From IMG/VR virus record IMGVR_UViG_3300034152_000554: 64,000 nt of DNA, one strand, 5' to 3'. The notes below the pieces were generated by a model, which was not told where the DNA came from, ran no database searches, and worked only from the letters and a program-made list of their open reading frames with translations. This stretch comes from an uncultured virus (IMG/VR IMGVR_UViG_3300034152_000554) (taxonomy: Duplodnaviria; Heunggongvirae; Uroviricota; Caudoviricetes). Shown piece after piece: positions 39,503 to 46,953 of this stretch (positions within the stretch are counted from its first letter, which is position 1; each line of letters opens with the position of its first letter). Made by a program: the position numbers and the translations under genes.

Positions 39503-39733
39503 TCTCTCCGCCACCTGTCACCCCCAAGGGCTACTTAATGCCCTTCGGGGGTTTTTCCAGGTGAATTTTCAAAGGAGGGAGGGGGACGATAAGGCACTGC
39601 CAACGGTAAGGATGGGGCGGCGATCGCCCTGCCAACGACACCCAATCCCCTCTCTCCCAGTTGCGTGTCTTCCCGAAAGGCTACTTAATGCCCTTCGGGA
39701 ATTATTGCAGTTGAAGTTTCTCAAGGTCACATT

Positions 39734-40399
39734 ATGACTACTTCCAACAATTCCAAGTCCGAGTCCAACATCCCCGTTGCCCCCGAGAAACCTCGTTGGG
39801 TGCAATACGAGTTCGTCGCTCGGCAAGACTGCCGCAACCCCGAAGCGTATGCAAGCACCGTTCTTCGGAACGGGGGCTGGGCTGACCTGTTTACGAATGA
39901 AGAAGGATCGCCCTACGGGGTGATTCCTGGCTGTCGCGAGGGGAACCTCGTGGTTGCCGTATACGTGAACAGCCACATTGCGCGGCAATACGAGGCTGAA
40001 CTCGCTGATGCGTTGTCCCGGAATCGGGCAGTGCCAGTCTACCACCCGGAACTGACAGGTGAAGAAGAGACTGAACCATACAGCGTCTTTTTCGTGGGCG
40101 GCACAGCCCGCCACCTCCTGCGGATCGTAAAGGGGCTTGACGGGAAGCGGCCGATTGTAGGCCAACTCATGTCTGGCAACAGCCAGCTTGTCAACAAACT
40201 GGTCGGCTATGTGTACGGCAAGCAGCCGACATCCCCGACCATGCCAAGCCTCGGCAGCCTGACCATGGCTGGAACGCCTAGCGACGGGCAAGCCACTGAG
40301 CGCCCGATTCCCCCGGCTGACGCTAAGCCCAAGACCCGCAAGGGTCGGAAGCCAGCGGCAGCCAAGAAGCAGCAAGCCGTTGACGACCTGCAATTTTGA
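39734..40399 (+). CDS. Cassette ORF, hypothetical (221 aa) with DDLQF tail
   Basis: Follows the last full element; disordered basic C-terminus ending in an acidic-Phe tip. Confidence 0.75.
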   Translation: MTTSNNSKSESNIPVAPEKPRWVQYEFVARQDCRNPEAYASTVLRNGGWADLFTNEEGSPYGVIPGCREGNLVVAVYVNSHIARQYEAELADALSRNRAVPVYHPELTGEEETEPYSVFFVGGTARHLLRIVKGLDGKRPIVGQLMSGNSQLVNKLVGYVYGKQPTSPTMPSLGSLTMAGTPSDGQATERPIPPADAKPKTRKGRKPAAAKKQQAVDDLQF

Positions 40400-40495
40400 A
40401 GGAGGTGCATAGCAACCGGCCTCAGACCGAAGAGGCCGGTAGTCCGGTGATCGGCTGGCTGATAGTGGTCGGCCTGATTCTGCTATGTATCTGAA

Positions 40496-40544
40496 TGATT
40501 ACCCCTGGGAGGACGTAAGTCCTTTCGGGGGTGATCATTTTTTT
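40496..40544 (+). terminator. Intrinsic terminator closing the cassette array
   Basis: tgattacccctgggaggac-GTAA-gtcctttcgggggtgatca followed by T7. Confidence 0.75.
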
Positions 40545-40637
40545 GGAGCCATTGTGACCTGGCTGCCAACTATAAGAAGGGATAGGGAGACTACCGCCCC
40601 CAGGTCTAGACAGTATCGTCTCCCCAGCCGCGATCGA

Positions 40638-42866
40638 TTATTTGCCTTTCCGTTTAGCCCACTTAATCAGATCAGAGCAGGGACTATACTCAACACCACT
40701 GATAAGGGCATTGAATATGTCCAGGTCTGATAGTGGCTCTGGTTCTGGCTCTACCGTCTGCTCTTGCTGTGCCTGTAAGTGCAGCCGTTTCAGTTGCTCA
40801 ACTGCATTGTTTTTCTTTTCAGTGGACAGCATATCTGCCAACGATAAGCTGGGGCTGTCGATATCTAGCTGGGACACATCGATATTAGACAGAAGGGTCT
40901 TATCAACTCGCTCCCTAAGATCGGGAACGGCATCGAGCAAAGGTTGACATTGCAATTCTGGCAAAGCAATCCCATTTAATAAGATTTGCTTATCTATTAG
41001 CTGGGAATACTCTGCCAGGAAATTGTCCAGCAGGGTAGTCAGTATCGTCCTGCGGGTCAACTCTGGCTCACCATTGCTGCCAGCAATGACCGTTTCCAGC
41101 ATCGCCAAGGGAGAGTTGGGATGCAAAGACGCATCGGCGATCGCTCCTTCCAGGTTATTGTCCAGGATTACCTTGACCCGCAAGACTGATTGCGGAATTG
41201 GAATAAATGCTGGCAAGTAATTGGCTGGGGGATAGTGACCTGACTGCTGCCTGAACTGCCTATAAGCCGAGCGGGCTTCTATAAACCTACTCCAACTCTG
41301 CAATCGGCTAATTGTTCTTGGGCTTGTATCAAGAATTTCAGCAATCTGAGATCGACTGAGGGGGTAAGGCTTGCTTTGTCTGACCCTGATAGATGAAGTG
41401 CTGTTAGCTTTAGCTTCCTTGCGTACCGTCTTTAACAGCTTGCCTAACTGCCTGATCTCCTTTGGCGTTGCAAATGCAACCCTGATGCCATACTCAGCAA
41501 TGATACTGATCAATAATCGATCAATATCCAGATCAAGCTGGTTAACTAAGTAGGTCGTGGCGTTAGCTGAGTAGTTAGTCCTGACTGGGATGCCATCAAT
41601 AGTGGTGCAGGTCGGCTTGTCAGTGTCTTTAAGCGACTGCCAATAAGCTAATGTCCGCTTGCGTCTGCGCTGACTTTCCAGTTGCCTGACAAATTCAACA
41701 ATCTCTTTGGGCTGATTGTTCTGATTGTTGACCGCTTCTGGATAGAGGCAGTTAGTAATTGCAATGCTGAACTGATGCAAGTAGTCTCTTGTCAGTTCTG
41801 ATGCCCGACTGATAAGTTCTGCTGATGTGTCATCGTCATGCAGGTCGAATGACTTTGACTGCTTTGCGGCTGCTGCTGACAACTCAACCGTTGCTTGATA
41901 AAGGTTATCAGTGACCTTATCTTGATAGTCAAGCGTCATCGATAGCAGTGCTTCGATTCGGCTGGCTGGCAGGTTACTGAGTGAGCGGGCAAAACTTTCA
42001 GGCGGACTGTCGTGCTGCCAATACAGTTCTGAGGCAAAAACCAGATCCGGTAATCCCTGTAGACAGACCGTTCTAGCTAGTGGGCAGAGGGCTGAAATCC
42101 ATGCGTATAGCGGGTCTTGCGCGTGGGATAAGATACCCCTCCAGTACATTTTACCGGATGCGGTACCCCTCCAGTACATTTTACCGGATGCTGTAGTAGT
42201 GTCCTGCCAGTCCTCATTACCGGATACCTGTTCACTGCTACTATGCACCCACGTAAATGGCCCACTTCTCCTGCCATCACTGTCAACATAGAGCCGTTGT
42301 CTACTAATCTGATTGCTTAAACCGTAAACAGTGAGCCTATCCCACAAGGGGGCAAACTTTTTGCTCACTGGTATCTTATTTTTTAATGCAAAAATAATTT
42401 GACTAACATTCTCATTACCGGACTCCTGGCTCTCAGCTTCAATGCAGCCAGCACTAACCAGCATCCAATACTGAGAACGATAATCATTCTCATTATTATC
42501 GCTATTACTATTGCTATTGCTATCCTGCTTTGTCTCTTCTTCCTGTTGACACTCTCCCAATATGTCAACAAAGAATGCGACAGCATTCCTATCAATATCT
42601 ACTCGCCTATCAATGCTGCTATCGACAATGCTATCAATCCTATCAGCACTGCTATCACAGTCAGAGAAGCTATCAATACGGCCATTGCTATCAGCAAACT
42701 TATCAGTAACATGCTTGGCTATCTCCTCCTGACTAATCTTCGCACCACCAAGAGTGATATACCAATCATCATACGCTTCAATCGATCGGAAATAAGCACT
42801 CCCATCTTTAGAGGTGGGTCTACCTCTAGACACTCTTGATTTGAATTCCTTATCAATTCTATCCAT
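40638..42866 (-). CDS. Large hypothetical HTH protein, possibly a divergent sigma-70-like factor
   Basis: 742 aa; LSRSQIAEILDTSPRTISRL HTH; 30-bp tandem duplication TASGKMYWRG x2. Confidence 0.55.
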   Translation of the reverse strand: MDRIDKEFKSRVSRGRPTSKDGSAYFRSIEAYDDWYITLGGAKISQEEIAKHVTDKFADSNGRIDSFSDCDSSADRIDSIVDSSIDRRVDIDRNAVAFFVDILGECQQEEETKQDSNSNSNSDNNENDYRSQYWMLVSAGCIEAESQESGNENVSQIIFALKNKIPVSKKFAPLWDRLTVYGLSNQISRQRLYVDSDGRRSGPFTWVHSSSEQVSGNEDWQDTTTASGKMYWRGTASGKMYWRGILSHAQDPLYAWISALCPLARTVCLQGLPDLVFASELYWQHDSPPESFARSLSNLPASRIEALLSMTLDYQDKVTDNLYQATVELSAAAAKQSKSFDLHDDDTSAELISRASELTRDYLHQFSIAITNCLYPEAVNNQNNQPKEIVEFVRQLESQRRRKRTLAYWQSLKDTDKPTCTTIDGIPVRTNYSANATTYLVNQLDLDIDRLLISIIAEYGIRVAFATPKEIRQLGKLLKTVRKEAKANSTSSIRVRQSKPYPLSRSQIAEILDTSPRTISRLQSWSRFIEARSAYRQFRQQSGHYPPANYLPAFIPIPQSVLRVKVILDNNLEGAIADASLHPNSPLAMLETVIAGSNGEPELTRRTILTTLLDNFLAEYSQLIDKQILLNGIALPELQCQPLLDAVPDLRERVDKTLLSNIDVSQLDIDSPSLSLADMLSTEKKNNAVEQLKRLHLQAQQEQTVEPEPEPLSDLDIFNALISGVEYSPCSDLIKWAKRKGK

Positions 42867-43084
42867 TATTATAAATATTGATAAGTTTTGCTTATCTCCC
42901 CTACCTGATATCTTGCAACAAAATATCTGATTTTCCTTTGCTTGTCAACCTATTTCCAACCTCATCTTATTGCCAAAATGCATACCTCGACATATTAGTG
43001 CATTTTGGCAACTAAATCTAATTTTGAATTACCTCGACCTGACAGCACTCAAACGTAGACTACACCGTCAGTCTAGCGTTTTTG

Positions 43085-43116
43085 AAAACACGACAAACTG
43101 TATTAATAATATATAA
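43085..43116. repeat. 32-bp dispersed direct repeat, copy 2
   Basis: Identical to 20445-20476. Confidence 0.9.
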
Positions 43117-43290
43117 AGGGTGTCGCGTCGCGCTATTTATTTTCCAAAGCATGGCAAATTTTAATCCCATGTGTCATCCTTGATCTTCTATTAGATAAGG
43201 CCATGCTTAGTACCACATTTGATTTCAAATGTCAACCTTTTTAGCAAACTTCTTAGCAAAGCACTATCAAGAGATAAGGCTTACATTAGA

Positions 43291-43378
43291 CTGTCGTGCT
43301 GACTTGATCTTGAAGCTGTCGTGCTGACCTGATGGGTGACTGCTATCTTCCCATTGACATGCAACTGTCGTGCTTGAT
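43291..43378. repeat. Iteron/operator-like direct repeats ctgtcgtgct(gacYtgat)
   Basis: Copies at 43291, 43316 and 43365 in a ~730-bp divergent intergenic region. Confidence 0.7.
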
Positions 43379-43600
43379 AAAATTAATCAAGTTGACTACT
43401 CTTTTTTGACACAGCAAAGGCAGCTATAAGACAGCACCACCAATATTGACCTGCAAGCAGCCTCAATCTTCTCTGACATCTACCAGCACCCATATCTTCC
43501 CAGACACCCCTAGACGCTTCTCCTTCCCTCCCCTCAGCTTCCCAATGCCCTTCGGGCTATAATCAAATCCTCAAATAGCTAAAGCTTAATAAGGAGTAGA

Positions 43601-43849
43601 TTGATGGCAGAAATAAGACTGATTGACCTGCTGAAAGGCAAAACAATCCTGGAAGTTGAGTGGCTCAGATATCTTGACTACGACGACAAGGGATACTTAC
43701 TACTTGAGTTCCATGATGGAACCAGGGCACTGATAGCAGCCTATCACCAGGGATACACAGCCAAGAGCCGAGATGAGTATCAGACAAATATAAGCGTCAG
43801 TTTCCTTTCTTCAGATGAAGACCTGACTGGCTTCCAGGTAGTCTCTTAA
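43601..43849 (+). CDS. Hypothetical protein
   Basis: AAGGAG RBS; half element aatgcccttcggg at 43544. Confidence 0.75.
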   Translation: MMAEIRLIDLLKGKTILEVEWLRYLDYDDKGYLLLEFHDGTRALIAAYHQGYTAKSRDEYQTNISVSFLSSDEDLTGFQVVS

Positions 43850-43936
43850 AGCTTTTCCCCTCTCTTCTCAGCTTCTTAATGCCCTTCGGGGCATTTCCCC
43901 ATTGCTTTATAACTTAAATACCAAGGAGACTCGATT

Positions 43937-44305
43937 ATGCTTAAGCAACTTGCATACCTGGCCGATGCCATTGCCGACGATATCACGACCGGCCTTAAGG
44001 TGCAGATTGCGCCTAAAGGTTCGTACTTCCTCCGCAACCTGATCAACGAAGAGGTTGATTGGGATAAATTTTTCGTGGTTCTCAAATGGTCGGGGATCAA
44101 GACCGAGAAACACATTAGCTGTCAGAAGCAATTTATCGGAAGGCTAAGTGATCTGTCTGCCTTAGAAGATTGCGGCTTCAAGGTCGAATATCTCATGCTT
44201 GTCCAGCGGGATAACTGGCATCGTCGTTTCTACTTGTACGATGGCGAACTGGATCATTTCTATTCGGTCGCTGAGATCGAGTACAAGAAACCGTTGGGAT
44301 ACTGA
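43937..44305 (+). CDS. Hypothetical protein
   Basis: AAGGAG RBS; half element gcttcttaatgcccttcggg at 43871. Confidence 0.75.
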   Translation: MLKQLAYLADAIADDITTGLKVQIAPKGSYFLRNLINEEVDWDKFFVVLKWSGIKTEKHISCQKQFIGRLSDLSALEDCGFKVEYLMLVQRDNWHRRFYLYDGELDHFYSVAEIEYKKPLGY

Positions 44306-44529
44306 TGAGCAAGAAATTTTACTACGTAAAATATAAAGCAGGCAGCACTGGTCGAACTATTACCAGTGCTGGCAGTCCATACACGCGGAAAGAAGCGCTT
44401 CGCGTCGCTATCGATCTGAACAATGCTCAAAGCTATGGAGGAAGAACACCCTGGCACATCTGGGTCGAGAAGGATAATGAAGTTGTTTGGGAGAACAAGA
44501 AGCATGAACAACAACATAAGCCTGAATGA
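44305..44529 (+). CDS. Hypothetical protein
   Basis: TGATG coupling. Confidence 0.6.
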   Translation: MSKKFYYVKYKAGSTGRTITSAGSPYTRKEALRVAIDLNNAQSYGGRTPWHIWVEKDNEVVWENKKHEQQHKPE

Positions 44530-44791
44530 ACAACTACAGAAGGCAGGCGTGGTAAAGCGCTTGCCGCATAACACCCAGGACGCCTGGATCAGAAACAATG
44601 AGCCTGGTCTACTATATCCAAGACAGGCAAGAGTCGTCCCTGTTTTGATGCAAAACGACTCATTCAAATGGGTCTGTATTGACGAAACAGGCTGGGATGG
44701 GTTTGAAAGAATCCCCAACCAGCTAGTTGGCGTTTTTGACACCGAGGAAAAAGCATGGGAAAAGGCAGAGGAGGTAATCAGTGAAAACTGA
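44504..44791 (+). CDS. Hypothetical protein
   Basis: ATG 44504 with GGAG upstream. Confidence 0.6.
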   Translation: MNNNISLNEQLQKAGVVKRLPHNTQDAWIRNNEPGLLYPRQARVVPVLMQNDSFKWVCIDETGWDGFERIPNQLVGVFDTEEKAWEKAEEVISEN

Positions 44792-45074
44792 GATACTCTG
44801 CCGGTTGTACTACCGAGTCTGTACTGAGATACTCTGCTGGTTGTACTACCCAATCTGTGAGGCAGTTGATTACCTCAAAGACCGGCAGTTCCAGGCCAGC
44901 TTCCGCTACCACCAAAGCAAAGACCTTTCCCCGGTGGATCTTTTTTGCCGCGCACCATTGTCAACAGTGCTGCTATGGATAGTGTTTCCAATGCAGCTAA
45001 CATATCTAGAATTGCCGGAGGATCATCCGGTCATGCAAAGGTTGATTGAAAATCAAAGCAAAAATAAGAGGTAA
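44781..45074 (+). CDS. Hypothetical protein with 36-bp tandem duplication
   Basis: GAGGAGG RBS; TEILC.LYY..C x2. Confidence 0.6.
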   Translation: MKTEILCRLYYRVCTEILCWLYYPICEAVDYLKDRQFQASFRYHQSKDLSPVDLFCRAPLSTVLLWIVFPMQLTYLELPEDHPVMQRLIENQSKNKR

Positions 45075-45079
45075 TAGAA

Positions 45080-45421
45080 ATGACAATCAACGCAATCTGC
45101 AACGCTATTAGTCTCAACATGCTGAGTGACCCCTTCCAGGAGGGAGCAGGGTTTCGAGTAGTGGAAGTAAATCCAGACGTTTCCAAACTTGATCTGTCCT
45201 ATGCCGTAGCCGGTATTGGACATCAAGATACTGCCAATGTCGTGGCAAAGACCTTTGGGCTACCAGTAGAGAAGATCAGTGGTCGGCCTACACTCCAGTT
45301 GGAATCAGGCGATCAAGTGCTGGTGTTTCAATACACTGGCCCCCGACTTCCTGCTGGAGCAACCGAGCTACCTGAAGGGGCGACACTTACCCCCTTAATC
45401 ATTGATATCACCTGCAATTAA
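45080..45421 (+). CDS. acrIII-1: AcrIII-1 family viral ring nuclease (DUF1874/STIV B116-like)
   Basis: NAISLNML, GIGHQDTA (catalytic His), GRPTLQLESGD, QYTGPRLPAGAT; 113 aa. Confidence 0.85.
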   Translation: MTINAICNAISLNMLSDPFQEGAGFRVVEVNPDVSKLDLSYAVAGIGHQDTANVVAKTFGLPVEKISGRPTLQLESGDQVLVFQYTGPRLPAGATELPEGATLTPLIIDITCN

Positions 45422-45435
45422 AGGAGAAGAATACC

Positions 45436-45600
45436 ATGACCGACAAAGCCCGTGACAAACAAAAGAATAACTCAGTTAATGGCGATGCCGACATCGCTGA
45501 ACGTGCCAAGCAGGAGCATAAGCGTTTAGCAGATGAAGCCGATCGTTTGCTCCAGGAAAAGCACGAGGAAGAGTTAAGAAAACTATTGGAGGAGGCATAA
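45436..45600 (+). CDS. Small charged helical protein (54 aa, not in the ORF track)
   Basis: AAGGAG RBS; MTDKARDK...LRKLLEEA*; fills the gap exactly. Confidence 0.65.
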   Translation: MTDKARDKQKNNSVNGDADIAERAKQEHKRLADEADRLLQEKHEEELRKLLEEA

Positions 45601-46044
45601 ATGACAACAGTAAATCTGGCAGAAGTGCTTGCTGGAGCCTGGACATTCGCCGGTTCTTGCGAGGTAGCAAGAGAGTGCTATAAGGGAATCGAGATCAAGG
45701 GCTTGCAGCACAAAACCGTAAAAAACCTGGGCGATTGCCGCTGGGGTGGCGATGAAAGGGACGATACCTTTATCTACATCTACACCGCCAGGGTGCTGGC
45801 ACTAGGCTGTAGCACTCCTTTGTTCAACACTCTGGAGGAGGCGATTGACGATGCCAAGGAATTGATCGATACATTCGATCAGAAACCTTTGAATAGCTAT
45901 GAGGAACTGGCTCAGGTCATTGAGGACTATGCACTGCAAATCGATTATGAAACTGGAACAAGTTTTATCTGTGCCGCAGTGCTGTCAACAATCATCGAGA
46001 AGTTCTTAGCCAGAAATGGATTGCAAAAAGAGGTAAAACAATGA
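45601..46044 (+). CDS. Hypothetical protein, paralogue of 47810-48145
   Basis: YKGI...EA......ID.....P....ELA..I pattern shared. Confidence 0.7.
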   Translation: MTTVNLAEVLAGAWTFAGSCEVARECYKGIEIKGLQHKTVKNLGDCRWGGDERDDTFIYIYTARVLALGCSTPLFNTLEEAIDDAKELIDTFDQKPLNSYEELAQVIEDYALQIDYETGTSFICAAVLSTIIEKFLARNGLQKEVKQ

Positions 46045-46316
46045 AAGCTCAAGTGATTTATGATTTGGCAAACCAGACTGCCTGGGTAAGTGGACACGAC
46101 ATGCACAAGCTTCTGTTCCGTCTGACTGGTGAGTATTCCCCATCAGGAAAGCTTGAGCTAAATCCTTCCATCCTGGAGGATGAAGTTTACAAAGACAAAG
46201 AGCTTGCCGGTTTGCTAATGGGTCTGGCAACGTTTGGGCAAAACGCCGAAGTGCGTGACTTCCTGGAAAATTATATGAAGTGGAGCTTGGGCTATCACAC
46301 GCCTGAGTACGCCTGA
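46041..46316 (+). CDS. Hypothetical protein
   Basis: GAGG RBS, ATGA overlap. Confidence 0.65.
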   Translation: MKAQVIYDLANQTAWVSGHDMHKLLFRLTGEYSPSGKLELNPSILEDEVYKDKELAGLLMGLATFGQNAEVRDFLENYMKWSLGYHTPEYA

Positions 46317-46336
46317 GTTGCTTCACTTTACCAGCC

Positions 46337-46627
46337 ATGACAAAGAAAAAGTTCCAGGCAGGCGACCAGGCGTGGTTGAGATTCTACAACCAGCGAGAAG
46401 GGCTTCATTATGGCCCTCGCCTGCCTGTAGAAATTATCAAGACGATAGATGATATCACTCCAGACGAATATCTGGAGTATCAGGTCATCTATAAAACAGT
46501 CAATTTCGTTGTCGGCAAAGTACCGGCTGATTACCAGGTCGTGCATCAGTCGCCTGAAAGGCAGGGTGTAATTGCCTGGGCGTGGGAAGATGAATTATCA
46601 GAAAGGAGAGAGGATGATGAAAACTAA
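46337..46627 (+). CDS. Hypothetical SH3/KOW-like protein
   Basis: KFQAGDQ...WAWEDEL. Confidence 0.6.
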   Translation: MTKKKFQAGDQAWLRFYNQREGLHYGPRLPVEIIKTIDDITPDEYLEYQVIYKTVNFVVGKVPADYQVVHQSPERQGVIAWAWEDELSERREDDEN

Positions 46628-46862
46628 AACTGGAAACTTTTTATTCCTGCCACTGATGGTAGCGATAACCGCTGGCGCACTGTTCATCAGCTTTGGCAGC
46701 AGGCCAAAGAACAATGCACCGTTGCCAACGACGGTTGAGGACTGCCAGTGGTTGCGTGAGCAATACAATGCTCGCAACCCCTGGATTGAAGACTTATTAA
46801 CGACCGATCCGGCAAGTACGCCGCAAGGTCAGGCGTGTGTCAACCTTAATGAGCCTATCTAA
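46614..46862 (+). CDS. Hypothetical membrane-anchored protein
   Basis: AGGAG RBS; N-terminal hydrophobic helix. Confidence 0.6.
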   Translation: MMKTKTGNFLFLPLMVAITAGALFISFGSRPKNNAPLPTTVEDCQWLREQYNARNPWIEDLLTTDPASTPQGQACVNLNEPI

Positions 46863-46953
46863 ATAGCTCTGATTCCCCCTAACGTATTTCCCCTTAGCCT
46901 CCCGCTGCTTAGTTCCCTTCGGGGGGCTTTTATCTTAAGCTCTTGCTGTAACT

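Larger units (their letters stand above)
37139..39701 (+). repeat. Array of palindromic intergenic elements (consensus ttcccgaagggc-tacYtaat-gcccttcgggaa), one per cassette
   Basis: Full copies at 37433-37466 (core inverted), 37932-37959, 38246-38275, 38561-38592, 38869-38902, 39196-39227, 39521-39551, 39670-39701; degenerate half copy at 37139-37161. Confidence 0.95.

Noticed and set aside
37433..39701. CRISPR array reading of the palindromic repeats
   Set aside because: The intervening segments are about 120-470 bp, variable in length and mostly contain RBS-led ORFs; no cas genes; no terminal GAAAC-type repeat end.
37433..39701. REP/RAYT elements (GTAG next to a hairpin)
   Set aside because: GTAG/CTAC is present in most copies, but no HUH/RAYT transposase is in the window and the elements are tied to leaders and start codons.
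39569..40393. 274-aa minus-strand ORF and similar shadow ORFs across the window
   Set aside because: They are antisense to better-supported genes with RBSs and are expected by chance in GC-rich sequence.
42135..42191. Short in-frame tandem duplications (30 bp here; also 36 bp at 44787, 21 bp near 672, and 6982/7081)
   Set aside because: Ordinary slippage duplications that keep the frame; no sign of a system.
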